64,000 bases of DNA from Desulfosudaceae bacterium (GTDB lineage: Bacteria > Desulfobacterota > Desulfobacteria > Desulfobacterales > Desulfosudaceae). The position numbers were made by a program, and so were the translations under genes. The DNA lies in contig CAXXDV010000001.1 in NCBI GenBank assembly GCA_963674745.2, forward strand, positions 576,001 to 640,000, written 5' to 3'. Shown here one piece after another: positions 41,086 through 50,990 of the stretch. Position 1 is the first letter of the stretch. Every line of letters starts with the position of its first letter. The notes under the pieces were generated by a model. That model made no database searches, was not told the origin of the DNA, and saw only the letters and a list, made by a program, of their open reading frames with translations.

Positions 41086-41571
41086 TTAAATCAGATCGGC
41101 CAGTTCGGGAAAATGTTTCCTGACAGCCTTGGCCTGCTCCGGGTTTTCCTGCAGCAATCGAAAATCCGCGAACTCAAATCCGGGAGCCACCGTACAACCA
41201 ACCAGTGTATAGGCCCCTGTTGTTCGCGCCCCCTGCCAGCAACCCGCCGGCACGACTGAAACCGGCCGGCTTGTTTCCCCGACCGCAGCCAAAAGGCAAT
41301 GCTGATAGGCTTTTTCCCCGCTATTAAACCAGAAGAGATCCAGTGGTGCCCCCTCATAATAATGCCATACTTCATCCAGACTGACCTGATGCCAGCAGCT
41401 GACCTGGCCTGCCGGCAGCAAAAAAAATATTTCGGTCAAGGCACATCGTTCCTGCGCTTTGTCTTTTGACTGAACAATGGTTGACGAGCGGAAGATTTCC
41501 CGGAAATATCCGCCCTCAGGATGGGGTGTCAGCGCCAGTTGATCAATCAGTTCCAACGCACGGGGATCCAT
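41086..41571 (-). CDS. Cupin domain protein (DUF985/Cupin_5)
   Basis: LTPHPEGGYFRE, DEVWHYYEG, VGCTVAPGFEFADF. Confidence 0.9.
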   Translation of the reverse strand: MDPRALELIDQLALTPHPEGGYFREIFRSSTIVQSKDKAQERCALTEIFFLLPAGQVSCWHQVSLDEVWHYYEGAPLDLFWFNSGEKAYQHCLLAAVGETSRPVSVVPAGCWQGARTTGAYTLVGCTVAPGFEFADFRLLQENPEQAKAVRKHFPELADLI

Positions 41572-41612
41572 CAGAAAACTCCTTCTTATTTGATTATCCT
41601 GCAACCTCCTGA

Positions 41613-41927
41613 TCAATAAAATACAGCAAGCCAGACGGTGTCACGGTCAGGGTCGGTCCACTCGACACGATGTCTCACATGGGCCAAAATATGATAATAA
41701 TCGCCTTCCGTTAAAACCACAACTTCATCTTTATTTTCAATTTTGAGGCCGGCGCTGCCTTTGACCACCAGAACAAATTCGTTTTTTTCCTGATCATACC
41801 AGAAGCCCTTCGGCGAGGCATGGCCGCGCGATACAATTCGCTCGATGACAACGTCGTCTGAGGCGCATATTGTCTCAAAAAGCTCTTCCGGCAATTCATC
41901 GGGTATGCCCTGGAATAAAGACTTCAT
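41613..41927 (-). CDS. Small cupin domain protein
   Basis: IERIVSRGH, WYDQ..EFVLV, HVRHRVEWT. Confidence 0.85.
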   Translation of the reverse strand: MKSLFQGIPDELPEELFETICASDDVVIERIVSRGHASPKGFWYDQEKNEFVLVVKGSAGLKIENKDEVVVLTEGDYYHILAHVRHRVEWTDPDRDTVWLAVFY

Positions 41928-42006
41928 TTAAATCATTTCATCCCGGCCGTGGTGAATAAAAGCACAAAGCCCGGGCAGCACACACGCGGCTCGGGCTTAA
42001 AATACC

Positions 42007-42148
42007 GGGCCCCTCTAAAAATTGCCTTTTGGCCCGATGTCGGCGTTGTGCTCAAATTTTAATCCTCGAAATACGTCTATGTATTCCTCCGGTTAAAATT
42101 CTCGCACGCCTTGACCTCGAACCAAAATTCTAATTTTTAGAGATACCC
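42007..42148. mobile_element. MITE-like palindromic element
   Basis: GGGCCCCTCTAAAAATT ... AATTTTTAGAGATACCC inverted ends with nested internal symmetry. Confidence 0.7.
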
Positions 42149-42171
42149 TACTGTTTTATGAAAGGTTCGTA

Positions 42172-43344
42172 CTAAATTCCCGCTTTTGACTTTATCTCTT
42201 CAGCCTTGTTGATCGCTTCCCAGGTGAACCCGTCCCCTTCGGTTCGACCGAAATGGCCATAAGCGGCAGTAGGCCGGTATATGGGCCGTTTTAAATCAAG
42301 ATAGTCGATAATCGCTGCCGGCCTTAAATCAAAAACATCTTTTACGATTTCTTCCGCTTTGGCTTCATTTATGACACCGGTACCTTTAAAATCAACCATT
42401 ACCGAGACAGGTTCGGCCACGCCTATGGCATAAGCGACCTGGACTTCACACTCTTTGGCCAGACCGGCGGCAACGATATTTTTGGCCACATGCCGTCCCA
42501 TGTAAGCGGCACTGCGGTCAACCTTGGATGGATCTTTTCCGGAAAAACAGCCGCCGCCATGCCTTCCCCGGCCGCCGTAAGTGTCGACAATAATCTTCCG
42601 GCCCGTCAATCCGCAGTCGCCCATGGGTCCGCCGACCACAAACTTACCGGTGGGGTTGATAAAATATTTGGTCTTGTCATCAATCAGCTCGGCCGGCAGG
42701 ACCGGACGAATCACTTTTTCAATAATGCCGGCCTTCAAATCATCGTAACCGACATCGGGTGAATGCTGACTGGAAATAACCACGGCGTCAATCCGTCGCT
42801 GTTTTCCGGTTTCATCATACTCAACCGTTACCTGGGATTTACCGTCAGGCCTTAAAAAGTCAAGTACCCCATCATCCCGAACCCGATTAAGTTGATGGGT
42901 CAGTTTATGGGCGAACATGATCGGTGACGGCATCAGTTCCGGGGTTTCGTCACAGGCAAAGCCGAACATCAAGCCCTGGTCACCGGCCCCCTGCTCTTTA
43001 TAAAGCCCGTCTCCTTTATTGACCCCCTGGGCAATGTCCGGGGATTGTTTATCAATACTGGTCAAAACCGCACAAGTCTGCCAGTCAAAGCCCATATCCG
43101 AAGAATTATAACCGATATCCCGGATGGTTTCCCTGATGATATCAGCATAATTTATTGTCGCCTTGGTTGTAATTTCACCGGCCACCACAGCCATTCCTGT
43201 GGTCACCATTGTCTCACAGGCCACCCTGCTGTCCTTATCCTGCGCCAGCAAGGCGTCAAGGATAGAATCGGAGATACAGTCGGCCAGTTTATCGGGGTGA
43301 CCCGAAGTAACTGATTCAGATGTAAAAAAATAACGTCTGCTCAT
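42172..43344 (-). CDS. metK: S-adenosylmethionine synthetase
   Basis: [35 protein letters not shown]. Confidence 0.98.
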   Translation of the reverse strand: MSRRYFFTSESVTSGHPDKLADCISDSILDALLAQDKDSRVACETMVTTGMAVVAGEITTKATINYADIIRETIRDIGYNSSDMGFDWQTCAVLTSIDKQSPDIAQGVNKGDGLYKEQGAGDQGLMFGFACDETPELMPSPIMFAHKLTHQLNRVRDDGVLDFLRPDGKSQVTVEYDETGKQRRIDAVVISSQHSPDVGYDDLKAGIIEKVIRPVLPAELIDDKTKYFINPTGKFVVGGPMGDCGLTGRKIIVDTYGGRGRHGGGCFSGKDPSKVDRSAAYMGRHVAKNIVAAGLAKECEVQVAYAIGVAEPVSVMVDFKGTGVINEAKAEEIVKDVFDLRPAAIIDYLDLKRPIYRPTAAYGHFGRTEGDGFTWEAINKAEEIKSKAGI

Positions 43345-43400
43345 AAAAAGCTCCTTTAAAAATTTTGTGTGCGCGCTTTGTAACAGAAAGAATGGTTGTA

Positions 43401-43429
43401 CTTTTACTAAAGAATCAGGATGATGTCAA
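43401..43429 (-). promoter_or_regulatory. Putative sigma-70 promoter of metK
   Basis: TTGACA-N17-TAAAAG. Confidence 0.45.
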
Positions 43430-43451
43430 CAGGGAATGCCGAACCGGCGGG

Positions 43452-43676
43452 TTACTGAACGGGGCCTTTATCCTCAAGCCGTTTTCCCTTTTTCCGCCCC
43501 CACAGTAAGTAAATCAACCAGCCGATAAACGGTAAAAAAGCGATAATTCCCCAGACGGCCTTCTTTTCCAAAGCGCCGAAATCCTTTACAGCGACGTCTA
43601 CCAGGGCCCAGCAGGTTAAAAGGTAGGATGCACCGGCAATTGCGAGGACAAGCATGACGGTTGTCGCGGTCATCAT
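43452..43676 (-). CDS. Small membrane protein, PLDc N-terminal domain-like
   Basis: Two hydrophobic helices; KAVW..LPFIGWLIYLLWG. Confidence 0.75.
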   Translation of the reverse strand: MMTATTVMLVLAIAGASYLLTCWALVDVAVKDFGALEKKAVWGIIAFLPFIGWLIYLLWGRKKGKRLEDKGPVQ

Positions 43677-44572
43677 CTTTTTTCCAGCTTTTGAGACAGC
43701 TTCATCAGAATATCAACATAATACGAACTGTGGTTGTAGGCGAACAGGACCTTTTTGGCATCAGCCGCGCTCATGCCGGGCTTCCAGCCATGGTGATGCA
43801 GATAGTTGGCCACGCTGAGAATCGCATCAGCATGTGTAAACAGATCGACTTTTCCGTTTTTATCCCCGTCTACCCCCAGTTTCAAAATGTTGCTCGGCAT
43901 AAACTGAGAGATACCGACAGCGCCGGCATAAGAGCCGTTGACGGAAACGGGATCAGCAATTTTTTCCCGGTCAACGTATTTTAAAAACGCCATCAATTCG
44001 GCATAAGCCCATTGGGACTTCCGGATCGCCTTTTTCTGATAATCCGTCCTGGTCATATTCGTTTTATCGGCCAATGACCGCCACAGCATCTCCCGGATGT
44101 CAGAATCGGAAAGCGCCGCCATAGAAGACAGGATATTCAACGTGGAGGCCGTACCGGTAAAAGAGCCCAGTCTTGTTTCAACCAGCAGAATCGCCGTTAT
44201 GATTTCTTTATCAACCTGATATTCCGCTTCGGCTCTTTCCAGCCAGTACTGGTATGCCTTCATATATTTTTCGGCTTTCCGAAGCGATGCCGATGTTAAA
44301 AACTGATCATAGTTTAACGATGATTCGCGGTGCTGGAAATACCGGCCGACGGCTTTTGTTTCAAAAACGACCCCGGGGTGACCGTAGTAATAACTGAGCT
44401 TTTGCCGGTCAAACCCGTCCCGGGCCAGTTTCTGACAAAGGGTATTGAAGACATCGTTCTTTTTTTCAGCGGCTTGAAGGCAGGAAGGCAAAAACGGGAA
44501 AACCCCAAAAACGATTAGCAAATATAACAGGTGATGTTTTAGCCATCGGATCCGGCTGGGAACAATATACAT
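43673..44572 (-). CDS. mltB: Lytic murein transglycosylase (MltB family)
   Basis: AILLVETRLG, GSYAGAVGISQFMPS, DGDKNGKVDL, SVANYL, YNHS. Confidence 0.88.
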   Translation of the reverse strand: MYIVPSRIRWLKHHLLYLLIVFGVFPFLPSCLQAAEKKNDVFNTLCQKLARDGFDRQKLSYYYGHPGVVFETKAVGRYFQHRESSLNYDQFLTSASLRKAEKYMKAYQYWLERAEAEYQVDKEIITAILLVETRLGSFTGTASTLNILSSMAALSDSDIREMLWRSLADKTNMTRTDYQKKAIRKSQWAYAELMAFLKYVDREKIADPVSVNGSYAGAVGISQFMPSNILKLGVDGDKNGKVDLFTHADAILSVANYLHHHGWKPGMSAADAKKVLFAYNHSSYYVDILMKLSQKLEKR

Positions 44573-44668
44573 TTTTATAAATGAAAAGACCGCTTTCGGT
44601 TATTAAATCAGACGACCTGCGAACACGGTGGGTAAGTCTTGATCAGCATTGTTTCAACAGACCAGGTA

Positions 44669-45871
44669 TCAATCTTCGATGCCGAAAACTTCTTTTAGCG
44701 TGTTTAAGTATCTTGGATCGGTACAGGATAGCTTATCAGCGTCATCAGCAATTCGGGCAACCGGATTACCATTACATTCAACCAGATTAAACCGCATCTG
44801 CAGCGGAACAATCCCCACATCATGCGTCAATTCGGTACCGATACCGAAGGTAATATCAATCATATCGCTGAGGGTTTCATGAAGATCAATCGCTGTTTCA
44901 AAATCCATATTATCGCAGAACATGACGGATTTTGTCTTGGGGTCAATGCCCAGCTTGTCGTAATGTTCAATCAGCTTGACACACCATGACGTGGGATCAC
45001 CGCTGTCATGCTGGCAACCGTCAAAAAGTTTGGCCAGGTACAGATCGAAGTCCTGAAGGAACGCATTAAATCCAAGCACATCAGAAACGGCAATGCCCGG
45101 TTCGCCATGGAATTCCTGTATCCAGTCTTTTAAAGCCGCCTTCTGGCAGAGTTCCAGGCGCGGCCCCAGTTGCTGATAAGCCTGCAACCAGTCATGGCCC
45201 ATGGTCCCGACCGGCTTTAGCTTGTGCTTCATGGCGTAATAAATATTACTGGTACCGACAAACAGATAAGACCGTAAGGACTTTTTGAGTGTTTCGATGA
45301 CGGTGTTGTGCCAGTAATGCGAGTAACGGTGATGCGTACCGAAATCAGCGAACTTGAACCCGGTCAACTGGCCTGTTTTCAGCAGGCTGGTCAGATGGTT
45401 AACTTTTTCGTTCAGCTTCTCCTCGCCGGCATTGAGCGTATCTTCAACACTGTGAAATCCCATATCGTTGATACTTTGGTATTTCGAATAAATCTCGTTC
45501 ACAATGGAAAGGACAGGCACCGTATATAAAACCGTTGAAATCCAGGGGCCTTCAATATCAATCTGCAGGCGGCGGTCATTATCCAGATAGGCGTTGATAT
45601 ACTTCCGGTTGAGCTGGAAAAGCCGCATATATTCCACAAAATCTTTTTTAAAGCAGGAAAACGTATTTAAGTAATCGAGTTCTTTGTCCTTAAACCGAAG
45701 GGTGCAGAGATGGTCGATTTCCTGATTTATTTCCTGGATATGGCCAATTTTCTTTTTATTCTTACATTCAAACGTATAGCGGACATTTGCATCCGGATGC
45801 ATATGCAAAATAATCTGCGCCATCATGAGTTTTGATAAATCAGTATCCAGAAGGCTATTAATAACCCCCAT
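44669..45871 (-). CDS. pncB: Nicotinate phosphoribosyltransferase-like protein with divergent active site
   Basis: SLLDTD, DFGT, GTSN, HDSGDP, FGIGT scaffold collinear with proteobacterial PncB; many conserved residues replaced. Confidence 0.8.
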   Translation of the reverse strand: MGVINSLLDTDLSKLMMAQIILHMHPDANVRYTFECKNKKKIGHIQEINQEIDHLCTLRFKDKELDYLNTFSCFKKDFVEYMRLFQLNRKYINAYLDNDRRLQIDIEGPWISTVLYTVPVLSIVNEIYSKYQSINDMGFHSVEDTLNAGEEKLNEKVNHLTSLLKTGQLTGFKFADFGTHHRYSHYWHNTVIETLKKSLRSYLFVGTSNIYYAMKHKLKPVGTMGHDWLQAYQQLGPRLELCQKAALKDWIQEFHGEPGIAVSDVLGFNAFLQDFDLYLAKLFDGCQHDSGDPTSWCVKLIEHYDKLGIDPKTKSVMFCDNMDFETAIDLHETLSDMIDITFGIGTELTHDVGIVPLQMRFNLVECNGNPVARIADDADKLSCTDPRYLNTLKEVFGIED

Positions 45872-46159
45872 TAAACCCTCCTCGATTAACCCTGACCATT
45901 TGTGCTTTTCCGTTTCTTTTCAAAACGCTACCGGTGAATAACATTGGGTCCCATAAAAAATAATGATTATATGTAAATTCACGCTTTGTCAAATTGAAAT
46001 ATGATATCAAATATTAAAAAAAAAGCAAGCCGATTACGTATTTTCGATTCCAAAACCTGAAAAAACATTAATACCACAACATTTTGTATGTTTTTTTTCT
46101 TGACATACAACTTTTTTGCCGTTATTACTCGTAAAAAACGTGAACCTCCTATAATTACT

Positions 46160-46342
46160 ATGGTTTATTACGAAATAAAAAATGAGGAAGGAGAAGCCGA
46201 AGACACAGAACTGTTATCCATGTTTTTTGGTACAGTCTGGCGCCTGGCATTGAGCCGTCTTAGCCATGAATGCGACGGCCGCGTCCTGACCATCAGCCTT
46301 CAGGGTAAAAAATATTCTATTTATCGCAGGCTGAAAAACTGA
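46160..46342 (+). CDS. Possible small hypothetical protein (60 aa)
   Basis: Open frame in a long intergenic region; no SD or motif support. Confidence 0.25.
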   Translation: MVYYEIKNEEGEAEDTELLSMFFGTVWRLALSRLSHECDGRVLTISLQGKKYSIYRRLKN

Positions 46343-46640
46343 ATCAAACCGGTCAGGAAGCCGCCGGAAAAATCGGCATCTGCCCCCATTAAATCCACAT
46401 CCCACCGAAGTTCGTTTTTATTTTCTATTTTGTCAAATCCGATTTTAATAAGCACTGATAACAGCTGAGCATCCGACATGAAAATGGTTGTTGCTGTTTC
46501 GGGCCTTTTTTGCGGCTTAAACAAAAATCGAAAAGCGGTTTTACCGACCGCAACAGGTACGGGCCGGCTTTGACAAGCGGGTGTTTGGAAAAAGCTTAAA
46601 ACATCCGGAAAATCGAGCTGGCGCCCAGCTAACGCCCCGA

Positions 46641-46979
46641 CTAACGCCCCGGCGTAATTATCCGGGATTCCTTCTCCTGCTGCATCTGCCTGATCTGCTC
46701 AACCATGTCCGCCATGGCCTGTTCCATGGCCCGGGGGAAATCATTGATGGCGTCTTCAAGATTCGCAGCCGCCAGTTCCGCCTGCAGCGGAATAAGCCCC
46801 TCCGGAGACATAACCTGTGAATGTCCGACGAAAATCGGTGAGCGGCTTGTGTCATCGGATCCGTCGGCCTTGATGGGTATCAGCTTACGAATGACAGCCA
46901 CCTTCAGGTCTGTCATGGAATCTTCACGGTACAGGTTCTCTTGGTCTACCTGGAAATTGACATCCTGGTCCTGATTCAT
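46641..46979 (-). CDS. Hypothetical cytoplasmic protein at the end of the rnf operon
   Basis: AGGAGG SD; starts 15 nt after the rnfB stop. Confidence 0.8.
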   Translation of the reverse strand: MNQDQDVNFQVDQENLYREDSMTDLKVAVIRKLIPIKADGSDDTSRSPIFVGHSQVMSPEGLIPLQAELAAANLEDAINDFPRAMEQAMADMVEQIRQMQQEKESRIITPGR

Positions 46980-46994
46980 GCTCGTCCTCCTTTT

Positions 46995-47804
46995 TTATCC
47001 CCTTATTTGAATACTGTCGGTCGGACATTTTTCGGCGGCTGCCGCCATATCCTCTAGCTTCTCAGGACCGTAGTTTTCATAATCAATCGCCGCCAGATTT
47101 CCCTCCATGACGCAAAGATCGCTTTTTTTCGTGCAGGCCTTGCAGCCGATACAGCCGGACTTGCAGACAGCCTTGACCGCCGGACCGCTTTCTTTATTTG
47201 AGCAGGTCACAACATACATCTGATCCGACGAAAACGATACCATACTGATAATATTTCTGGGGCAGGCCCGAACACAGGCCCCGCACCCGACGCATTGTTC
47301 ATAATCAACGGCGGCCAGCCCGTCCTTTATACTGATGGCGTCATAGTTGCAGGCCCGGACACAGTCTCCCAGGCCGAGACAACCATATTGGCAGGCCTGT
47401 ACGCCCGCCATATTGGCCGCCGCGGCACAAGTCGGTTCTCCAAGATAGTCGCCCTTGTTCAGACGCAGATCGGCTGTTGCCCCACAGTGAACCACCGGAC
47501 GCGTCGGTGCGGAAGCGCTGACTTCAACGCCCATTATTTGGGCAATGGCCTCGGCCACACCGGCCCCTCCCGGAGCACAGCAGTTCACGGCCATACCGTT
47601 GTTGACAATGGCCTCGGCATATTCCCCGCAGCCAACGCAGCCGCAACCACCGCAATTGGCACCGGGAAGCGCTTCACAGATGGCTTCAACCCGAGGATCA
47701 ACCTCCACGTGAAAAGCATGATTCGCCCAGCAGAGGACATATGAAAAAATGAACGCAAGAACAAGCAGGCTGCCGCCCGCCAGAATAATCGTTACCAGAG
47801 ACAT
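46995..47804 (-). CDS. rnfB: Rnf complex subunit B
   Basis: LPGANCGGCG, CQYGCLGLGDC, CVGCGACVRACP, CIGCKAC. Confidence 0.93.
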   Translation of the reverse strand: MSLVTIILAGGSLLVLAFIFSYVLCWANHAFHVEVDPRVEAICEALPGANCGGCGCVGCGEYAEAIVNNGMAVNCCAPGGAGVAEAIAQIMGVEVSASAPTRPVVHCGATADLRLNKGDYLGEPTCAAAANMAGVQACQYGCLGLGDCVRACNYDAISIKDGLAAVDYEQCVGCGACVRACPRNIISMVSFSSDQMYVVTCSNKESGPAVKAVCKSGCIGCKACTKKSDLCVMEGNLAAIDYENYGPEKLEDMAAAAEKCPTDSIQIRG

Positions 47805-47823
47805 GATCAAACTCCATTTGTCG

Positions 47824-48606
47824 CTATAGTTTTACAACGCCGTTTCCAGACGACAAGACGGCGATTGCAGGTTTGTGGGTGTCCATGTTTAAGGCTGCTT
47901 CGGCTTTCACCTCGGGTGTAAGGGCTTTGCGTAAGCCCGAATCCACGCCGGTAAAGCCCATGAAGGCCATGGCCAGGATACCGGCCACGATCAGTGTTAT
48001 CGCCGCCCCCTGCAGCGGTTTGGGGACATCACAAAAATCAAGATCTTCACGGATGCCGGCCATGATCACAATGGCGATGGTAAAGCCGATACCGCCGAAA
48101 ACGGCCAGGGCCAGCGCCCGGCCAAGGTCCCAGGCATCAGAGGGGTTGTCCACGGCCACATGGCTCATAATTGTCAAACACGCGAACAGAATGGCACAGT
48201 TGGTCGTAATCAACGGCAGGTAAACTCCGAAGGCCTTGTACAAGTCCGGGAAAAACTTTCTGACGTACATTTCCACAAACTGGACTGAAGAAGCGATGGC
48301 AAAAATATACACTACGTAGGACAACACCGTCAGATCAATGACGGCCGCCTGATCCGCTGGCAGAAAAAAGCCCCCGACCCAAGCGGTCAACGGAGCCCCC
48401 GGGATCAGCACAAACGTGGTCACCGCCCAGCTGATAAAGGCCGCGATGGTAATAACAAATGTCACCGCACAGCCCATGCCGAAGGCCATATCAACATTGC
48501 GTGACACGCCGACAAAAGGACAGATGCCGACAAAATAATAAAGGACGAAGTTGTTAATTAACGCGGCACTTACCGCAATCAGAAATATATCAACAATATA
48601 AGTCAT
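47824..48606 (-). CDS. rnfA: Rnf complex subunit A
   Basis: [28 protein letters not shown]. Confidence 0.92.
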   Translation of the reverse strand: MTYIVDIFLIAVSAALINNFVLYYFVGICPFVGVSRNVDMAFGMGCAVTFVITIAAFISWAVTTFVLIPGAPLTAWVGGFFLPADQAAVIDLTVLSYVVYIFAIASSVQFVEMYVRKFFPDLYKAFGVYLPLITTNCAILFACLTIMSHVAVDNPSDAWDLGRALALAVFGGIGFTIAIVIMAGIREDLDFCDVPKPLQGAAITLIVAGILAMAFMGFTGVDSGLRKALTPEVKAEAALNMDTHKPAIAVLSSGNGVVKL

Positions 48607-48623
48607 GACGAGCTACCTTGTGT

Positions 48624-49241
48624 TTAACTTTGTTCTTTTTTTGATTTTGCGGTAATCATGTTCACCAGACCAAGCAGCATCCCGAGGGTAAAAAACGCAC
48701 CCGGCGGGAGGGCCATGATCAGCCAACCCGGCCAGGCATCAGGGAGTACCGGTATACCGAAGAACATGCCTGTTCCGAGAATTTCTCTAACTGTGGCGAT
48801 GGAGGCCAGTGCCAGTGCGTAACCTAAAGACTGCCCCAGGGCATCCGCTCCTGCGGTCACGATATTCTGCTTTGAGGCACAGACCTCACAGCGACAGATA
48901 ATCAGGCAGTTGACAATAATCAACGGTATGTATGGCCCCAGCGTCTTGCTCATGGAATACATATAAGCCGCCAGAAACCGGTCAACTATTGTTACAAAAG
49001 TAGCGATGGTCAGGGTAAAGATCACGATCCGCAAATGCGGTTTCAATAGCCCCCGGATCAGACTGATCACCAGGTTGGCACAGAACAGCACGAAAGTTAC
49101 CGCTCCGGCCATGGTCATGGCGGCTTTCATGTTTCCGGTGACCGCCAGAACCGGGCACAGTCCCAGAAGCTGCCGGTAAACCGGGTTTTCCGGGATTATT
49201 CCCTGTACAAAACGTTCCAACGGGGTTGGTTCATCTGCCAT
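48624..49241 (-). CDS. rnfE: Rnf complex subunit E
   Basis: ENPV..LGLCPVLAVT, YIPLIIVNC, LPPGAF. Confidence 0.93.
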   Translation of the reverse strand: MADEPTPLERFVQGIIPENPVYRQLLGLCPVLAVTGNMKAAMTMAGAVTFVLFCANLVISLIRGLLKPHLRIVIFTLTIATFVTIVDRFLAAYMYSMSKTLGPYIPLIIVNCLIICRCEVCASKQNIVTAGADALGQSLGYALALASIATVREILGTGMFFGIPVLPDAWPGWLIMALPPGAFFTLGMLLGLVNMITAKSKKEQS

Positions 49242-49265
49242 GGTTACCTAATCCTTTCTAAGTTA

Positions 49266-49913
49266 TTATTGAGCCGCATTGCCGGCGGCAAGACGTTCAA
49301 CCAGCGGTTGTTTTAAGTCCGCCACGGTCTTGTTGACAATACCGCAGACCGTTTTTGAAGAAATCGTAGCGCCGGTAATGGCATCAATTTCAAAAGGTTG
49401 AGACGCTTTTGTCTTGACGGCCTGAAAAGGTTGCGCCGTACTTCTCCCGACGAACTGTCCACGCCAGGAAGGTTCCACGATCTTTGCGCCCAGACCGGGC
49501 GTTTCTTTCTGGTCCAGGATAAAAAGACCGGTTATTTTATCAGCCTCAGGCGACATACCGATCAACAATTCGACCTTGTCGGCATAACCCTGCGCGGAGG
49601 CCTTGGCCACCCATCCTTTTATTTTGTCTGCGGCGCTGGCCTTGAACACACTGTAGGAAATCGTACGTCCGCCGCCCTGATCCACGGTAATCATGGTTTG
49701 TTCGGAAGTCAGAGACAGTACGGCTGCCTCCTGTTTTGCCTGTTCCTCGCCAAGAACCAGTTCGGGAACCTTCTGCCGGGTTTCATTGATCTTGTTCTCT
49801 TCTATCTTCGGCGAAAACTGCATGTGAACGCCAGCCAGGGCCGCGCCGTAAAGCATGGCCAGCACCAAAACCAACCATGCCTGCACAAAGAAATTAGATT
49901 TTTTGCCTTCCAT
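49266..49913 (-). CDS. rnfG: Rnf complex subunit G (FMN-binding)
   Basis: ETPGLG, DAITGATISS flavinylation motif. Confidence 0.92.
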   Translation of the reverse strand: MEGKKSNFFVQAWLVLVLAMLYGAALAGVHMQFSPKIEENKINETRQKVPELVLGEEQAKQEAAVLSLTSEQTMITVDQGGGRTISYSVFKASAADKIKGWVAKASAQGYADKVELLIGMSPEADKITGLFILDQKETPGLGAKIVEPSWRGQFVGRSTAQPFQAVKTKASQPFEIDAITGATISSKTVCGIVNKTVADLKQPLVERLAAGNAAQ

Positions 49914-49944
49914 AGGTTTAAAGGCCTTTCTTGCTTATTGATAA

Positions 49945-50952
49945 CTAGGTTTGCTGGGTAACAGCACCAAACGGTTTCGGAATCGTCCAACGGTTAATCA
50001 ACGGCGTCAGGGCGTTCATGAACAACACCGCGAACATGACCCCTTCCGGATAACCGCTGAACAGCCGGAGCAACATGATCAGGAATCCCACACCGATGCC
50101 GAAGATAAACTTCCCCCTGGATGTCAGGGGGCTGGTAACCGGGTCTGTAGCGATATAAAATGCGCCGAACAAAAGCGCCCCGCCGCAAAGGTGATGCCAG
50201 ACCGTCCAATCCGAAGTGCCGGTAAAATCCGCAATGCCCCCCATAACAACTGTGGCAATAATTACGCCGACCGGGATTTCCCAGGAAGCGGTCCTTCTGA
50301 TACAGAGGAAAATACCGCCGATCAGGCAGGCGATGGCGCTGACCTCACCCAGGGAACCGTTTGTATTACCGACAACCAGGGCCATCAGCGGGGTTACCAT
50401 GCCGCCCTGCTTAAAAGCGGTCATGGGTGTGGCCTGGGTAACCGCGTCAACCGCGGAACCGGCATCCAGATACCCGGATGCGGCCATGCTGCCGGCAAAA
50501 GATATCATGACAAAGGCACGACCGACCATGGCCGGATTGAAAATATTCATCCCCAACCCCCCGAAAATCGTCTTGCCGATGCCGATACCGACAAACGACC
50601 CGATCACACCGATGTACCAGGGAGCGGTTCCGGGAAGTGAAAGTGCCAGTATAACACCGGTAATCGCGGCCGAACAGTCGGTCAGGGTTATCGGCTTGCC
50701 TCTCATTCTGGTAAAAAGGGCTTCCGCGACCAGGCAGCTGACGACGCAAATGGCAAGCTGCTTGACGGCATAGAGTTTAAACACATAAACCGAAACCAGT
50801 ATCAGGGGGATCAGCGCGATCAGCACATCAATCATCATCCGCCGGGTGGTAAAGGATGCGTTGGACAAATGTGGCGATCCGATAACCTGAAATACCGGTG
50901 AACTCCCCCCGCTTTCCTGCAAATCCCGCGTTTCCTGCTGTTGTTCGTTCAT
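49945..50952 (-). CDS. rnfD: Rnf complex subunit D
   Basis: FGGLGMNIFNPAMVGR, DAVTQATP, GSLGE, ATDPVTSP. Confidence 0.94.
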   Translation of the reverse strand: MNEQQQETRDLQESGGSSPVFQVIGSPHLSNASFTTRRMMIDVLIALIPLILVSVYVFKLYAVKQLAICVVSCLVAEALFTRMRGKPITLTDCSAAITGVILALSLPGTAPWYIGVIGSFVGIGIGKTIFGGLGMNIFNPAMVGRAFVMISFAGSMAASGYLDAGSAVDAVTQATPMTAFKQGGMVTPLMALVVGNTNGSLGEVSAIACLIGGIFLCIRRTASWEIPVGVIIATVVMGGIADFTGTSDWTVWHHLCGGALLFGAFYIATDPVTSPLTSRGKFIFGIGVGFLIMLLRLFSGYPEGVMFAVLFMNALTPLINRWTIPKPFGAVTQQT

Positions 50953-50990
50953 AATCAAAACTTACCTGTATAGATTGTTGACCCTTTTAT

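Noticed and set aside
43345..43450. SAM riboswitch upstream of metK
   Set aside because: Leader is short and AT-rich, with no recognisable SAM-I or SAM-II core.
46629..46650. CTAACGCCCC direct repeat at a stop codon
   Set aside because: 10-bp local duplication, too short to support a functional claim.
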